A stretch of 64,000 bases of DNA from Mobula birostris (Eukaryota), in assembly GCF_030028105.1 (NCBI RefSeq), contig NC_092380.1:102787899-102851898 (forward strand). Reading direction: 5' to 3'. Position 1 is the stretch's first letter. Each line of letters starts with the position of its first letter. A model generated the notes under the pieces. The model had not been told where the DNA came from. It worked only from the letters and a program-made list of their open reading frames with translations, and made no database searches. Position numbers and translations under genes: made by a program. Shown piece by piece: positions 9,770-23,612 of the stretch.

Positions 9770-11255
9770 ATATGTATCCACTACTTTATATAGACAATTT
9801 TGCCTTTCCACCACTTTCCATAGACTCTTTCCATTCCTGGGCATTGGTGTTTCCATACTAGGCCATGATGCAACCAGTCAATATACCTTCCACTGTGCAT
9901 CTATAGAAGTTTGTCAACGTTTTAGACGACATACTGAATTTACACAAACTTGTAATGTCTTCTTTGTGATGGCACTTTCATCAGATCCTCTGATATGATA
10001 ATACCAAGTAATTTAAAGTTGCTGACCCTCACCACCTCTGATCCCCTGATGAGGACTGGCTCATGGACCTCCGATTTCTTCCTCCTGTAATAAATAATCC
10101 GCTCTTTGGTTTTGCTGACACTGAGTGAGAGGTTGCTGTTTTGGCACCATTCAAACAGATGTGCAACCTCCCTCCTATATGCCAATTTGACCATCAACAG
10201 TGGTATCTTAAGCAAACTTAAATATGCCATTGGAGCTGTATTTAGCCACACAATCATGGGTATAAAGTGAGTAGAGCAGGGGGCTAAGTACACAGCCTTG
10301 CGGTACACCTGTGCTGATGGTGATTGTGGAGGAGGTGTTGTCGCCAATACGTACTGATGAGGGCCTCCAAGTGAGGAAAATGAGGATTTTGTTTCGGAGA
10401 GGACTCAAGAACAAGATGTTCAAATATTACTGGGTGTGCTACAAAGTTTTTAAATGAAGCTTAGGGTTTGGAGACACACCTACAGTAACTGGTACTTCAA
10501 CACAATGACTATTGGATTGTCTGACCCATTTGTGTATGATCATAGTTGAATAATGTAAAAAAAAAGTTAAATCCCAGAACAAGAGAAAATAAAATATATT
10601 AATCAGAATCAGGCTTATTATCACTGACATAAGTCATGAAATTTGTTGTTTTGCTCCCACAGTGCAGTGAAATACATAAAGCAAATTAACTTACAATGAG
10701 AATTTTTTAAAGTAAGTAGTATAAAAATAGAGCAAAATAGTGTTCATGGTTCACGGACCATCGAGAAATCTGATGGCAAAGGGGAAGAATCAGTTTGTGT
10801 CGTCAGGCTCCTGTACCACCTCCCTGGTGGTAGTAATGAGAAGGATGGTAAAGTTCCTTGATGATGGATGCTGCTTTCTTGCAGCATTGAATATATCCTT
10901 GATGGTGGGGAGCTGAGTGTCCATGATGGAGCTGGCTTATGCAGCACTGGCACCTCCACACCAGATGGTGTGGCAACCGGCCAGAATGCTCTCCACGGTA
11001 CACCTGTAGAAATTTGCTAGAGTCTTTGGTGCCATAACGAACCTCCTCAACTCCTAATGAAATTTAAGCCACTGACATGCCTTCTGTGTAATTGTAATAA
11101 TATGTTGGGCCCAGGATAGATCTTCAGAGATCTGACACCCAAGAACTTGAAGCTGCTCACCCTTTCCACTGCCGGCCACTCATTAAGGACTGTCATGCTT
11201 TCTCCTGACTTCCCTTTCCTGAAGCCCACAATCATTTCCTTGGTCTTACTGAAAT
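9770..11255 (-). mobile_element. Two Rex1/Babar LINE fragments (about 9770-10385 and 10600-11255)
   Basis: [41 protein letters not shown] and VERVSSFKFLGV motifs. Confidence 0.88.
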
Positions 11256-11696
11256 ACAGAATGCCCAGACTGAACAGCCATAATAACCAAAGAAGACCCA
11301 TTGGGCGAATAGAGAGTTAGTTTTCTAAATATAATATAATCTTTTTAACAACACTTTGGAAGTTGTTTGAATTACAGTTGAGAGGTGCAGTCTCATAATA
11401 AAGGAGTTTGTCAAGCATTGTGGACTAATCACAGTGTACTCTCAGATATAGATCAGACATTTAAGTAGGTTGGTTTTTGGTCCGATATATAGTTCCTGAG
11501 ACACACAAGGTTTGCAAAGGCATTGCTTGTGTCTGACAGTTCTGTATTATTTAACCACCTTCTGTCCAGGTGAAACCTGATGGACCTCACGGTTTCAGAT
11601 AAGGACTTATTTTGAGCAGAAGCTCCTAGCACATATTACAGTTAAAAGGTTAGCTTGAGGGATTAACTGTTTTACTGATTCTGCTTGTGTTCATAG

Positions 11697-11771
11697 ACTG
11701 AAAAGGAGAAACTGACTTGGAGGGACCGTGGCCCAGCTTACCTGACAAATATGGTCAGCATCCTTTTCATG
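11697..11771 (+). CDS. ANO1: ANO1 exon (75 nt): TEKEKLTWRDRGPAYLTNMVSILFM
   Basis: catag|ACT...ATG|gtaag. Matches TDKVKLTWRDRFPAYLTNLVSIIFM. Confidence 0.95.
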
Positions 11772-12112
11772 GTAAGAATGAAGATAACTTCTCAGTGGAA
11801 TTACGGATGAAATTTGGTTTTAATGGGGATTCTGTAATGTTATGCATTCTCAAAGTAATTCTGATGTCAAAGGTATTAAAGAATGATCAGGACAACATAT
11901 AAAAGACTTGCATTTCAAGCAGCACACACAAAATTCTGGAGGAACTCAGCAAGCCAGGCAGCATCTATGGAAAAGAGTGCAGTCGATGGTTCAGGCTGAG
12001 ATCCTTCATTCTTCCTTTCCAATCCAATTACAAAGTGCTTTATTAGAGTTGATTTAATATTGTCACATGAACCAAGATATAGTAAAAAGCTTGTTTTGTA
12101 TACTGTTCATAC

Positions 12113-15100
12113 ATAAGAACATAAGGCATGAGAGTATTTAGGCCACTTGGCCCTTTGAGGCTGGTCCACCATTCCATCATGACTGATTTATTGTCCCTTG
12201 TAGCCCCATTTTCCTGTCTTCTCCCCAAAACCTTTATGCCCTGACTAAGCGCGATCAATTAACCTCTGCTTTAAATATACACGATGACTTAGCCTCTGCA
12301 GCCATCTGTGGCAATGAATTCCATGGATTCAGTATCCTCTGACTAAAGAAGTTCCTCCTCATCTCTCTTCTAAAAGGATGTCCCTCTATTCTGAGGCTGT
12401 ACCCCGCTTCTAGACTCCCCCACTACAGGAAAAATCCGTTCTGTCTAGGCCTTTCAATATTCAAAGGGTTTCAATGAAATCCCCTCCCATTCTTCTAAAT
12501 CCTAGGAGTACAGGCCCAGAGTCACCAAACTCTCCTCATACATTCACCCTTTCATTCCTGGAATCATTCTCATGGACCTCCTCTGGATTCTCTCCAATGC
12601 CAGCATAATTTTTCTTAGATACTGCTCACAGTGTTCCAAATATAGTCTTGACCATTGCCTTATAAAACCTAAAAATTACGTCCTTGCTTTTATATTCTAA
12701 CCCTCTTGAAATGAATGGTAACATTGCATTTGCCTTCCTCACCACCAACTGAACCTGCAAGTTAAACTTCACCAAATCCTACATGAGGACTCCCAAGTCC
12801 CCCTGCGCCTCTGATATTTGAATATCTCCCTGCTCAGAAAATAATCTACTTCGGGCCGTCATCTGCAAGGAGACTGTACTCCTCCCCATGAATGTGTTCG
12901 TTTCCTCCCACAGTCCAAAGATGTAACAGTTAGTAGGTTAATTGGTCAGTGTAAATCGTCCAGTAATTATGCTCAGGTTATATTGATGGATTGCGGCATA
13001 GTATCGCTAAATAGATAAAAAAAATAAATGAATAAGTTTATTCCTTCTACCAAAGTGCATGACCATATACTTTCCTACACTATATTGATCTGTCACTACT
13101 TTGCCCATTCTCTTAATCTGTCTAAGTCCTTCTGCAGACTCCTCAGTTCCTCAGCACTACCTGCCCCTCCACCTATCTTTTTATTATCTGCCAGATTGGC
13201 CATGAAGCCATCAATTCTGTCACCAGCAGCCTACCAGAAAAGGTCCCTTTATTCTGACTCTTTACTTCCTGCCAGTCAGCCAATCTTCTATGCATGCTAG
13301 TATCTTTCTTGTAATTCCATGGGCTCTTACCTTTTTAAGCAGCCTCATCTGCAGCACCTTGGCCAAAAGCCTTCTGAAAATCCCAGTAGACAACATCCAT
13401 TGACTATCCTTTGTCTATTTTTTTATTTTCTCTCAGAATTCTGACAGATGTGTCAGGCAAGATTTCCCCTTAAGGAAACCATGCTGGCTTTGGCCTCCTT
13501 TATGAAGTGCCTCGAGGTATCCCAAAATCTCATCCAAAAACTTCCTAACCACTGAAGTCAGGCTAGCAGGTTTATAATTTCCTTTCTTCAGCTTGCTTCC
13601 TTTCTTAAAGAGTAGAGTGACATTTGCAATTTTCCAGACCTCTAGAAACATTCCAGAATCTAGTGATACCTTAAAAGATCATTACTAATGTCTCCACAAT
13701 TTATTTCGCTACCTCTTTCAGAACCTTGGGGTGCACACTCTCTGGTCCAAAGGCTGGTTCAAGTTCAAAGTAAATTTTAGAAGTACATAAATGTTACCAT
13801 AAACATCCCTGAGGTTTATTTTTCTGGTGGGCATAGGTAGTAAATCCACAGAATATAATAGAAACATAAATGAAGACCACACCCAACAGGATAGATTATC
13901 AACCAATGTACAAATACAAGAGAAAAATAATAATAAATAAAAGAAACTAAGAGTCCAGATGACTTACCTACATTCAGACCCTTCTCCTTCCCAAACACCT
14001 TCGCCTTAGTGTTAGCAACTACACCCACTTTTTCCCCCCGACACTCTTCAATTTCTGGCATACTACTAGTGCCTTCCACAGTGAAGGCTGACACAAAATA
14101 CTTATTAAATTCATCTGCCATATCTTTATCCCCCATTACTACTGTACCTCTCCAGTGTCATTTTCCAGTGGTCCACTATCACCTCCTCAAACTTGTGTCC
14201 TCTTCAGCATAAGAGGCAAAGGATTCAGATATGTGGGAATGTCACTACTGCCAGTGCTATCATTTCTAAATGGTATTGTCCTTGATTGTTACTGGATCTA
14301 AATCCCAGTCCTTCACCAGAAGAACATCAGTGGTTCCAACAAATGGCTCTCCACCATCTGATCATAAGGTGTTAGATATTTCGCAGAATTTAGACATTTG
14401 GCCCATCAGCTCTGCTCCACCATTTCATCATGGCTGATCCCATTTCATCTCTCAGCCCCAATCTCCTGCCTTCTCCCTGTATCCCTTCACGCCCTGACTA
14501 ATCAAGAATCGATCAACCTCTGCGTTAAATATACATAAATACTTGGCCTCCATAGTAGCCTGTGGCAAAGAATTCCACAGATTCACCACTCTCTAGCTAA
14601 AGAAATTCTTCCTCTAAAAGGACGCTCCTCTATTCTGAGGCTGAGTCCTCTGGTCTTAGATACTCTCACCATAGGAAACATCCTCTCCACATCCACTCTA
14701 TCAAGGCCTTTCATCAATAGGTTTCAATGAAATCACCTCTCATTCTTCTGAATTCCAGTGAATACAGGCCCAGAGCCATCAAACACTCTTCATATGACAA
14801 GCTATTCAATCCTGGAATCATTTTCATGAATCTCCTTTAAACCCCCGCCAGTTTCAGCACATTCTTTCTAAGATAAGGGGGCCAAGCCTATTCACAATGC
14901 TCCAAATGAGGCCTCACAAGAGCATTATAAAGTTTCAACATTACATCGTTGCTTTTTTATACTAGTCCTCCTGAAATGAATGCTAACATTGCATTTGCCT
15001 TCCTCAACACAGACTCAACCTACAAATTAATCTTCTGGAATCCTGCAACAAGGACCCCCAAGTCCCTTTGCACCTTTTTTTTTTGTACTTGATCTCCATT

Positions 15101-16015
15101 TAGTAAATAGTCAACCATTCTCTTCTACCAAAATGCATGGCTATACACTTCCCAACGCTGTATTCCAACTGCCACTTCTTTGTCCATTTCCTAATCTGTC
15201 TAAGTCCTTCTGGAGCCCTCCTACTTCCTCAGAATTACCTGCCCCTCCACCTATCTTCATATTGTCCACAAACCTAGCCAGAAAGCCATCAATTCCGTTA
15301 TCCAAATCGTTGACGTATACTGTAAAAAGAGGTCCCAGCATAGCCCGCTATGGAACACCACCAGCCACCGGCAGCCAACTAGAAAAGTCTCCCTTGATTC
15401 CCTGTCTTTGCCTCCTGCCAATCAGCTAATGCTCTTTCTATGCTAGTAACTTTCCTGTAATACCATGGGCTCTTAACTTGTTAAGCAGCCTTAAGTGTGG
15501 CATGTTATCAAAGGCCTTCAAAAAGTCCAAGTACACAACATCTGCCAATTCTCCTTTGACTATCCTGCTTGTTATTTCTTCAAAGGATTTCAACACATTT
15601 GTCAATAAAGATTTTCTCTTAAGGAAACCATGCTGACCACAGCCAATTTTATCATGTACCTCCAACTACCCTGAAACCACATCCTTACAATCGATTTCAA
15701 CATCTTCCCAACCACTGAGGTCAGACAAACTGTCCTATAATTTCCTTTCTTCTGTCTCTCTCCCTTCTTGAAGAGTGGAGTGACATTTGCGATTTTCCAT
15801 TCCTCCAGAACCATGCCAGAATCAATTGATTATTGAAAGATCATTTCTAATGCCTCCAAAATCTCTTTAGCCACCTCTTTTAGAGCCCTGGTGTGTAGAC
15901 CATCTGGTCCAAGTGATTTATTTACCTTCAGACCTTTCAGCTTCCCATGAACCTTCTCCCTAGTAATGACAATTTCACACACTTCCACCCCTTGACACTC
16001 TTGAACTTCTAGTAA
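12113..16015 (-). mobile_element. Two decayed CR1 LINE copies (about 12113-14190 and 14375-16015)
   Basis: WKIANVTPLFKKG...NYR, QHGFLKGKSCLT, DVVYLDFLKAFD and LGPLFTVYVNDLD RT motifs, frameshifted. Confidence 0.92.
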
Positions 16016-16769
16016 ACTGCCCATCAACTCCTGACAATCCCAATTTAACCCTAATCCAATCACAGGACAATTTAGAATGACCAATTAACCCACTAACCGG
16101 TACGTTTTTGGATTGTGGGAGGAATCCGGAGCACCCGGGGAAAGCCCACGCATTCCACAGGGAGGACGTACAGAGACTCCTTACAGAGAATGACAGAATT
16201 GAACTCTGAACTCCGACGTCCTGAGCTGTAATAGCAGTGTGCTAACCGTTATGCCACGTGGTCTTGTCTGAGGAAACAATTCCTTCTTATCTACTCAGTA
16301 CGCACAATAAAGGGACTGTGGTTAGAACATGGAGGGTGGGCAGAGGCAGCCATTGAGTATATTGTCTTGCTGTGACATTGTTAATTTTTAATCAAATGTC
16401 TTTGAAGTATGATGTTCAGCTACAGTTACCGTACTACATATGAAATATTAAAGCACTCACCCTAACTCCTGTAAAAGTACAAGCTGGAATAAAGGTTGGC
16501 AAATCTCACAATCTGAATTAAATTATAAAGGCCTTTGAAGTAAGGATGTCACACCAATATAACTAGAAGCATTGTAAATTAATGAAATAAAATTACAATC
16601 TGGTGTTAGAAAAGTTTAAACATGAGAAAATCTGCAGATTGTGTCTTTATTCACTCTTCTTGCTAATGAAGGTAATATTGAAATGCCCACTTAAACGATA
16701 TCTGAGCACTGTGCGTTAGTCCTGATGAAGTGGCTTGATCACTTCATTTCTAACATCCTGTCCTGTATA

Positions 16770-18430
16770 AACATGAGAAAATCTGCGGATGCTAGAAATC
16801 CAAAGCAACACACAGCAACTACGGAAAGGAATCTAAAGTCAACGTTTCAGGCCAAGTCTCTTCATCAGGACTGGAAAGGAAGGGGGAAGATGCCAGAATA
16901 AGAAGGTGGTGATGGGGGAGGGGAAAGAGGACAAGTTCCTTTGGCTTCTCCCACTTTCTCCAGACTTGAGGGATAGCCATGGGCATCCATATGGGCCCCA
17001 GCTATGCCTGCCCCTTCGTTAGTTACGTAGAACATCCATGTTCCAATCCTTCCCCGGTAATGCTCCCCAACTCTTCCTCTGCTACATTGGCGACTGCATT
17101 GATGATGCTAGTGCACCCATGCTGAGCTCGTCAATTTCATCAAACTTGCCTCCAACTTCCACCCTGCCCTTGCATTCACTTGGTCCATTTCTGACACCCC
17201 CTGCCCCTTCCTCGATCTCCTTGTCTCCATTTCTGGAGAGAAACTATTGACCGACATCTTTCATTAACCAACCAATTCCCATAGTTGTCTTGGCTATAAC
17301 TATTCACACCTTGTTTTCTGTAAAATGCTATTTCCTTCATCTCCACTACATCTGTTCCCAGGATGTGACTTTCCTTTCCAGGACATCAGAAATGTCGTCC
17401 TCCTTCAAGGAACCAGCTTACTCTTCCTCCACTACTGATGCTGTCCTCACTCGCATCTCCACCGTTTCTCAAACATCCACACTCACCCCATCTTCCCGCC
17501 GCCTTAACAGTGATAGAGTTCCTCTTGTCCTCGCCTACTACTCCATGAGCCTTCACATCCAGCACATCAACCTCTGCAATTTCAGCCATCTTCAAAGGGA
17601 TCCTACCACCAAGATATCGTTACTCCTTCCCCCACCCACTCTCTGCTTTCCACAGGGATTGCTCCCTCCATGATTCCCTTGTCCATTTGTCCTTCCCCAA
17701 CAATCTTCCTCCTGGCACTTATCCCTGCAAGTGGCCAAAGTACTACACCTGCCCATTTCCCTCGTCCCTCAGCTCCACTCAGAACTCCAAACAGTCCTTC
17801 CAGGTGAGGCAACACTTCACCTGTGAATCTGCTGGGGTCAGTTATTGTGTCTGGTGCTCCCGATGCGGCCTCCTTTACATTGGTAAGACCCATCGCTTTG
17901 TAGAGTACCTCCGTCAGTTCACCAAAAGAACTTCCCAGTGGCCAAACATTTTAATTCCAATTCCTATTCCCATTCCGACATGTCAGTCCATGGTCTCCTC
18001 TTGTGCCACAATGAGGCCACTCTCAGGCTGAAGAAGCAAAACCTTGTATTCCATCTGGGTATCCTCCAACCTGATGGCATGAATATCAGTTTCTCCTTCT
18101 GGTTTAGAAAAAAATTCCCTCCCCATCCCCTCTTCTTCTATGCTGTACTGTTGCCACTGCCTATCACCTCCCTGTGGGTCCCCTCCTTCCCCTTCTCCTA
18201 ATGTCCACTCTCCTCTCCTATCAGATTCCTTCCTTTCCAGCCCTTTACCTTTCCCACCATCTAGCTTTCCTCTTTGCCCTCCCCCACCTTTTTATTCTGG
18301 CATTTTCCCCTTCCTTTCTAGCCCTGATGAAGTGTCCAGGCCTGAAACATCAACTATTTATTTATTTATTTCCGTAGAAACAGCCTGACCTGTTGAGTTC
18401 CTCCAGTATGTTGTGTGTTTTGCTCAAGAA
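16770..18430 (+). mobile_element. Penelope-like element (RT remnant + GIY-YIG endonuclease) with inverted 5' pseudo-LTR
   Basis: GIAMGIHMGPSYA and FLCYIGDCI (RT). FTCES..V.YCVWCSRCGLLYIGKT and VAKHFN...LQPDGMNI (GIY-YIG). 16770-16935 is an inverted copy of the 3' end. Confidence 0.92.
16837..16873 (-). ncRNA. Minimal type-I hammerhead ribozyme motif (Penelope-associated)
   Basis: Reverse complement reads CAGTC-CTGATGA-AGAGACTTGGCCT-GAAA-CGTT-GACT. Core intact, AGUC/GACU stem I, palindromic stem III, degraded stem II. Confidence 0.7.
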
Positions 18431-19000
18431 TTCAAAGTTCAAAGTTAATTTATTATCAAAGTACATACAGTATATGTCATCTCATACAATCCTGAAATCT
18501 ATTTACTTGCAGGCATTCACAGTAGGACAAAGAAATACAATAGAATCAATGAAAAACTGCATGCAAACAAAAACGGTCAAGCAATCAATGTGCAAAAAAC
18601 AACAGATTTGTAAATAAAACAAAATAAAAAAATAAATAAATTATACTGAAAACTTGAGTTGTAGAGTCAGTGAAAGTAAGCCATAGCTTGTGAAATCAGT
18701 TCCGTTTTAGGGTGAGTGAAGTTACCTACTCTGGTTCAGGAGTCTGATGGTTGAGGCGTAATAATTGTTCCTGAACCTGGTGGTAAGGGACCTAAGGCTC
18801 CTGTATCTCCATTCTGATGGCAGCATTGAGAAGAGGTGGAGATCCTTGATGATGGATGCTACTTTCCTCCGATAGAGCTCCTTGTAGATGTGCTCAGCAG
18901 TGGGGAGGGCTTTACCTGTGATGGACTGGGCTGCACCCACTACCTTTTGTAGGCTTGTCCGTTCAATGGCATTGGTGTTTCTGTGCCACGCATGACACAA
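18430..19000 (-). mobile_element. Rex1/Babar LINE 3' end
   Basis: ORF 18722..19000 has LQKVVGAAQSITG...LPSEWRYRSLRSLTTRFRNNYY..IRLLN. Confidence 0.85.
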
Positions 19001-19683
19001 CCAGAAATCAGATATATAAAAAGAAATGTCCTAAGGTTGATTTGGATTGGGTTTTAATTTTGTATCTTAACAGACTTGTAGAGAGCTTTCATAAACAGCA
19101 GTGGTCTTTTCAGTTCACTTTAGTAATGCTGACAGAAATATGTAATTGGAAGCATGGCAACACTTGTAGTCTACCCCAGCTCATCCTTGGATTTTGTAGA
19201 TCATTAATAACAAACAACAAATTTTACTGTAGGTTTTGATGTGCATGTGACAAATAAAGCTAATTTTATCTTTATCTAACTGGTACTCTGTAAAATGGTC
19301 TACCATGTCACTGACAAATTTAACCAACTTCATTGAGCAAGGCCAGTGATCCAGGCAAGTTGCTCATCTCAAAGTCCCATTCTTGCAGGTTTGTCAGAAG
19401 GCAGAATATGTATTTGCAGCACATAGTTTGCTCATTGAGCCATGATGAGTTAACTTAAGCACTGAACTTGTGACCTGCAATATTGCAAGAAGTGATGTTG
19501 TGGAATTCTTTGCCACAGGCAGTTGTGGAGGCCAAGTCTTTATGTTTATTTAAGGCAAAGTTTGATAGATCTGTGATTGGTCAGGGCACAAAGGGATACG
19601 GGGAGAAGGCAAGAGATTGGGGCTGAGAGGAAATTTGGATCAGCCATGATAGAGCAGACTCAAAGGCCTAATTCTGCTCCTAT

Positions 19684-19955
19684 TGTAGGCCTCCGTTAGT
19701 CTCGTGAGACCATGGATTTGTGCCTTGGAAGGTTTCCAGGGCGTAAGCCTGGGCAAGGTTGTATGGAAGACCGGCAGTTGCCCATGCTGCGTGTCTCCCC
19801 TCTCCACGCCACTGATGTTGGCACCAGTGTTGTTGCAGAGCAATGAGTGGTTAAGTGCCTTGCTCAAGGACACACACACAGCCTCAGCCAAGGCTCGAAC
19901 AAGCAACCTTCAGATAACTAGACGAACACCTTAACCACTTAGCCACACGCCACAC
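19684..19955 (-). mobile_element. tRNA-derived SINE inserted in a CR1 tail
   Basis: 11-bp TSD tctgctcctat (19673-19683, 19956-19966). On the minus strand there is an A/B-box head followed by gtgtccttgagcaaggcactt. Confidence 0.8.
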
Positions 19956-20224
19956 TCTGCTCCTATATCTTATGGTCTTAACATGGATTAACACTAGCTG
20001 CCAGTTTTCCTTCTAAGTTAATTGATAGAGTTGCAACATCCAATATAGTTGCATTCATCTCTTTAAAAATTTTTGTGAATAAAACCAGTGCTGAAGGCGC
20101 ACAGAAAGTTTGACAGCATCTGTGAACAGAGAAATGGTTAAACTTTCAATATTCAAATAGCTAAGATTTAATTTTCAGTTATATATTATTCAATTCAGAC
20201 TGTTAGATTGTTAGAAGACTGGGT

Positions 20225-21020
20225 ACTTAGTTAGGTACCTCATGTACCTAATAAAGTGGCCGCTGAGCGTATGTTTGTGGTCTTCTGCTGCAGTAGCCCA
20301 TCCATGTCAAGATTTGACATGCACATTCAGGGATGCTCTTCTCTACACTACTGTTGTAACATATGGTTATTTGAGTTATTGTTCTTTTCTTGTCAGCTTG
20401 AACCAATCTGGCTATTCTTCTTTGGCCTCTCTCATTAACAAGGCTTTTTTGCCCACAAAACTGCTGCTCACTGTAAATTCCAGAGACTTTGTTTGTTTAT
20501 TTATTTATTGAGATACAGCACAGAATAGGCCCTTTGAGTGACACCACCCAGCCAATCCCCTTATTTAATCCTTGCCTAATCATGGGACAATTTATAACGA
20601 CCAATCAACCCACCAACCAGTATGTCTTTGGACTATGGGAGGGAACTGGAGCACCTGGAGGAAACCCACATGGTCACGGAGAACATACAAACTCCTTACA
20701 GGCAGCAACAGGAATTGAACTCGGGTCGCTGCTACTGTAAAGCAGTGTGCTAACTTCTACGTTAGTGTACCACGCTGTTGTGTGAAAATCCCAGGAGATC
20801 AGCAGTTTCTGAGGTACTCAAATCACAATCATTCCACAGTCATAGTCAAATTTTTCACCTATCTTCCCCATTCTGATGTTTGGCCTAATAAACAACAGAA
20901 CCTCTTGACCATGTCCACATGCTTTCATGCATTAAGTTGTTGCCACATGATTGACTGATTAGATATTTGCATTAACAAGCAGGTGTGCAGATATACCTAA
21001 TAAAGTATCTGCTGAGGGTA
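20225..21020 (-). mobile_element. Non-autonomous Tc1 copy interrupted by a V-SINE
   Basis: Same internal sequence as 8785-9346, with degenerate TIRs. Confidence 0.8.
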
Positions 21021-21175
21021 TACTTAGTGAGTAGCATATTGGTGCATTCAGAAACCCGCCATCTCTTGGTAGGTATTGCAACGTATCCATGTCAACAACT
21101 CCAGTTTGCCAGTGATAGGTTTCCAAAGATATTAGAGATCTTAGATTTTTAACCAAAGCTCTCTGCTTTCTCTAG

Positions 21176-21377
21176 ATCGGCCTGACATTTGCAATCGTCT
21201 TTGGAGTGATCCTGTATCGAATCTCCACGGCAGCGGCTATGGCCGTGAGCCCTGATCAATATGCCAAAGCTAATGTCCGAGTCATTGTCACGGCTACTGC
21301 AGTCATCATAAATCTGGTGGTCATTCTTATTTTGGATGAAGTCTATGGTGCTGTTGCTCGATGGCTGACAAAAATTG
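21176..21377 (+). CDS. ANO1: ANO1 exon (202 nt), TM3-TM4: [67 protein letters not shown]
   Basis: tctag|ATC...ATT G|gtaag. Contained in ORF 21206..21466. Phase 0-1. Confidence 0.97.
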
Positions 21378-23212
21378 GTAAGTATACAATTTTTTCCAAG
21401 GTAAACTTTAGCCACTGTTGGATCTCTGTTTATTTTTCTGATCCTTGGGGTTCTTTCAGGAGTTAGGAATGATGAGCAGTCTTAATTTCAACTATTGTTT
21501 ACTTTATAATACAAACAAACATACAAATATTAAGCAAATGAAATAAATAGCTGAGAAACAATGCAGAGAGATAAAAATGAAAACAACAGAATAAAGAAGT
21601 AAAAGAATAAAGATGGCGCCTCTATAAAATCCATCTCTTTTATAGATAAGATGAGGAAAACCCTTAGGTAGAAATAAACTAGTTAATAGGCTAGATAATT
21701 AAAGCAGTTACATCACATGGGTAATGTTCTAATACTTAGCCAATGAAAAATGAGAAAGGTGATAAAACGTTAGTTTAACTGCTACATCGCTTTCTGCCAG
21801 TGAGTGGGGATGAACCACCACATACTATGAAAAAATACTTGAGTTGGTTAAAAAGTACAAATGTTATAAAAAGTATCTCTTTTTTTTAGAAAAAAGGTGT
21901 TTTCTAATACCACAATACTGATTCCTAAACATTTTTGGATATTTGTTTATCAACATGGCGAGAAATTTCAAGACTGACTGGAGCTATAGATGTTTGAAGT
22001 GCCATTCAACTCCTTTATCTGAGTTATATTTCCCCTTGAAGTCCAGAATCACCCGTTTCAGATGAATAGACAAAGATGGTGCTTGCTTTCATCTCAGGTA
22101 GTTCAGATTTTAATTTTCCCTCCCAAAACTAGTGGATACAGCCCTGTCCATCAGAAGGGAAAAAACCTTCCCACCATTGAGCACATCTACTAGGAGCACT
22201 GCCACAGGAAAGCAGCGCCTATCTGCGAGTACCCCCACTGTCCAGGCCATGCGCTCTTTTCACTGCTGCCATCAAGAGGGAGGAACAAAAGCCTCAGGTC
22301 CCACACCACCAGGCTCAGTAACAATTATTACCTTTCAACCATCACTATCGTGGACAATCTCACTCACCACAATTTTGAACTGATTCCACAAGCCATGACT
22401 CACTTTCAAGGACTCTCCAACTCATGATTTCAGTTTTATTTATTTATTTAGTTATTTGCACTGTTTGTCTTCTTTAGCACATTGGTTGCTTGTCATTCTG
22501 TGTACGTAGTTTTTCGTTTATTCTACTGTGAACGCCTGCAAGAAATATCGATAATAAATTTATTTTGAACTTTTGAACTTTGAGATAAATCACCATCAAA
22601 TTCTGCTGCTCCTCCCCAGTTCCTCTGCACAGAGTTTAGTGATCTCAGGAATGTTGTACCATGGTTTACTGCATATCTCAAATTAAATCTTTGCTTGCTT
22701 TCTTTGGACCATTTTGTAGCTGTTGAGAATGTCATTATTATTAGCAATGTGCACTGCATGAACAGTGACCCACCGATATTCCCAAAGATCACGGTGCAAT
22801 TGCAATTCCTCTTCCCACAGCCCCCTGCCCCCCCCCCCCCCACCCCCATTAGGCTGTTGGGAAGCTGTGGGAGTCATGGTTATAAAGGTATCTGTGTGCT
22901 TACAAGTTGAAGGAGGCAATCAACAGTGTTACTTTATGTCAGTACTTGCTGAAATTACCCAGTTCTTGCCAAAAAAAACGGCAGGAGTGCAGAGATCATA
23001 GTCTATTTCCTTTCCCATTCTCTCATTTCCAAACAATCCTTTTGATATAAATGACTTGTTATTGAATAAGTTATTTTAATGTACCCATCACTTTAATGTT
23101 TACATTGAATGTACTAAAATGTCATTTCAAAATTGTCCCTAATTAAACCTGCAATGATTTGATATTTTTAAAACTTTCTGCTTTTTGGGTACATATAAAC
23201 ACACACAAATGT

Positions 23213-23214
<2 letters not shown>

Positions 23215-23246
<32 letters not shown>
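23215..23246. repeat. (TG)n microsatellite
   Basis: Read directly from the sequence. Confidence 0.95.
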
Positions 23247-23248
<2 letters not shown>

Positions 23249-23532
23249 CATCACTGATGAGGTACGGGAGCTTGAAGAGAGAGACTCAACGTTTCAGGAA
23301 CAGCTTCTGCCCCTCCACCAACAGACTTCAGAACAGACAATGAACCCATGAACACTACCTCACTATTTTTGCTCTCTTTTTACACTGCTTAGTTCTTTTA
23401 ATTTTTATGTATTCAGAATATTTCTTACTTTATAGTATTTTTATTACACATTGTACTGCACCACTAAACTGCAAAACAACAACTTGCACCGTATTTGTCG
23501 GTGATAATTAATCTGATTCTGACACTCTAGCC

Positions 23533-23612
23533 CAGGGATTGCCAACTTTTTTTATGTTATGGACCAATAGTGTTAAGCAAGGGCTCCATGGACCCCAGAA
23601 TGGGAACCCCTG
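23533..23612. mobile_element. 80-bp hAT (Charlie-like) MITE
   Basis: CAGGGATTGCCA...TGGGAACCCCTG termini. Imperfect 8-bp TSD ctctagcc/ctctgacc. Confidence 0.75.

Noticed and set aside
22765-23001. Proline-rich ORFs around the poly-C tract
   Set aside because: Artefact of a C homopolymer, with no splice or homology support.
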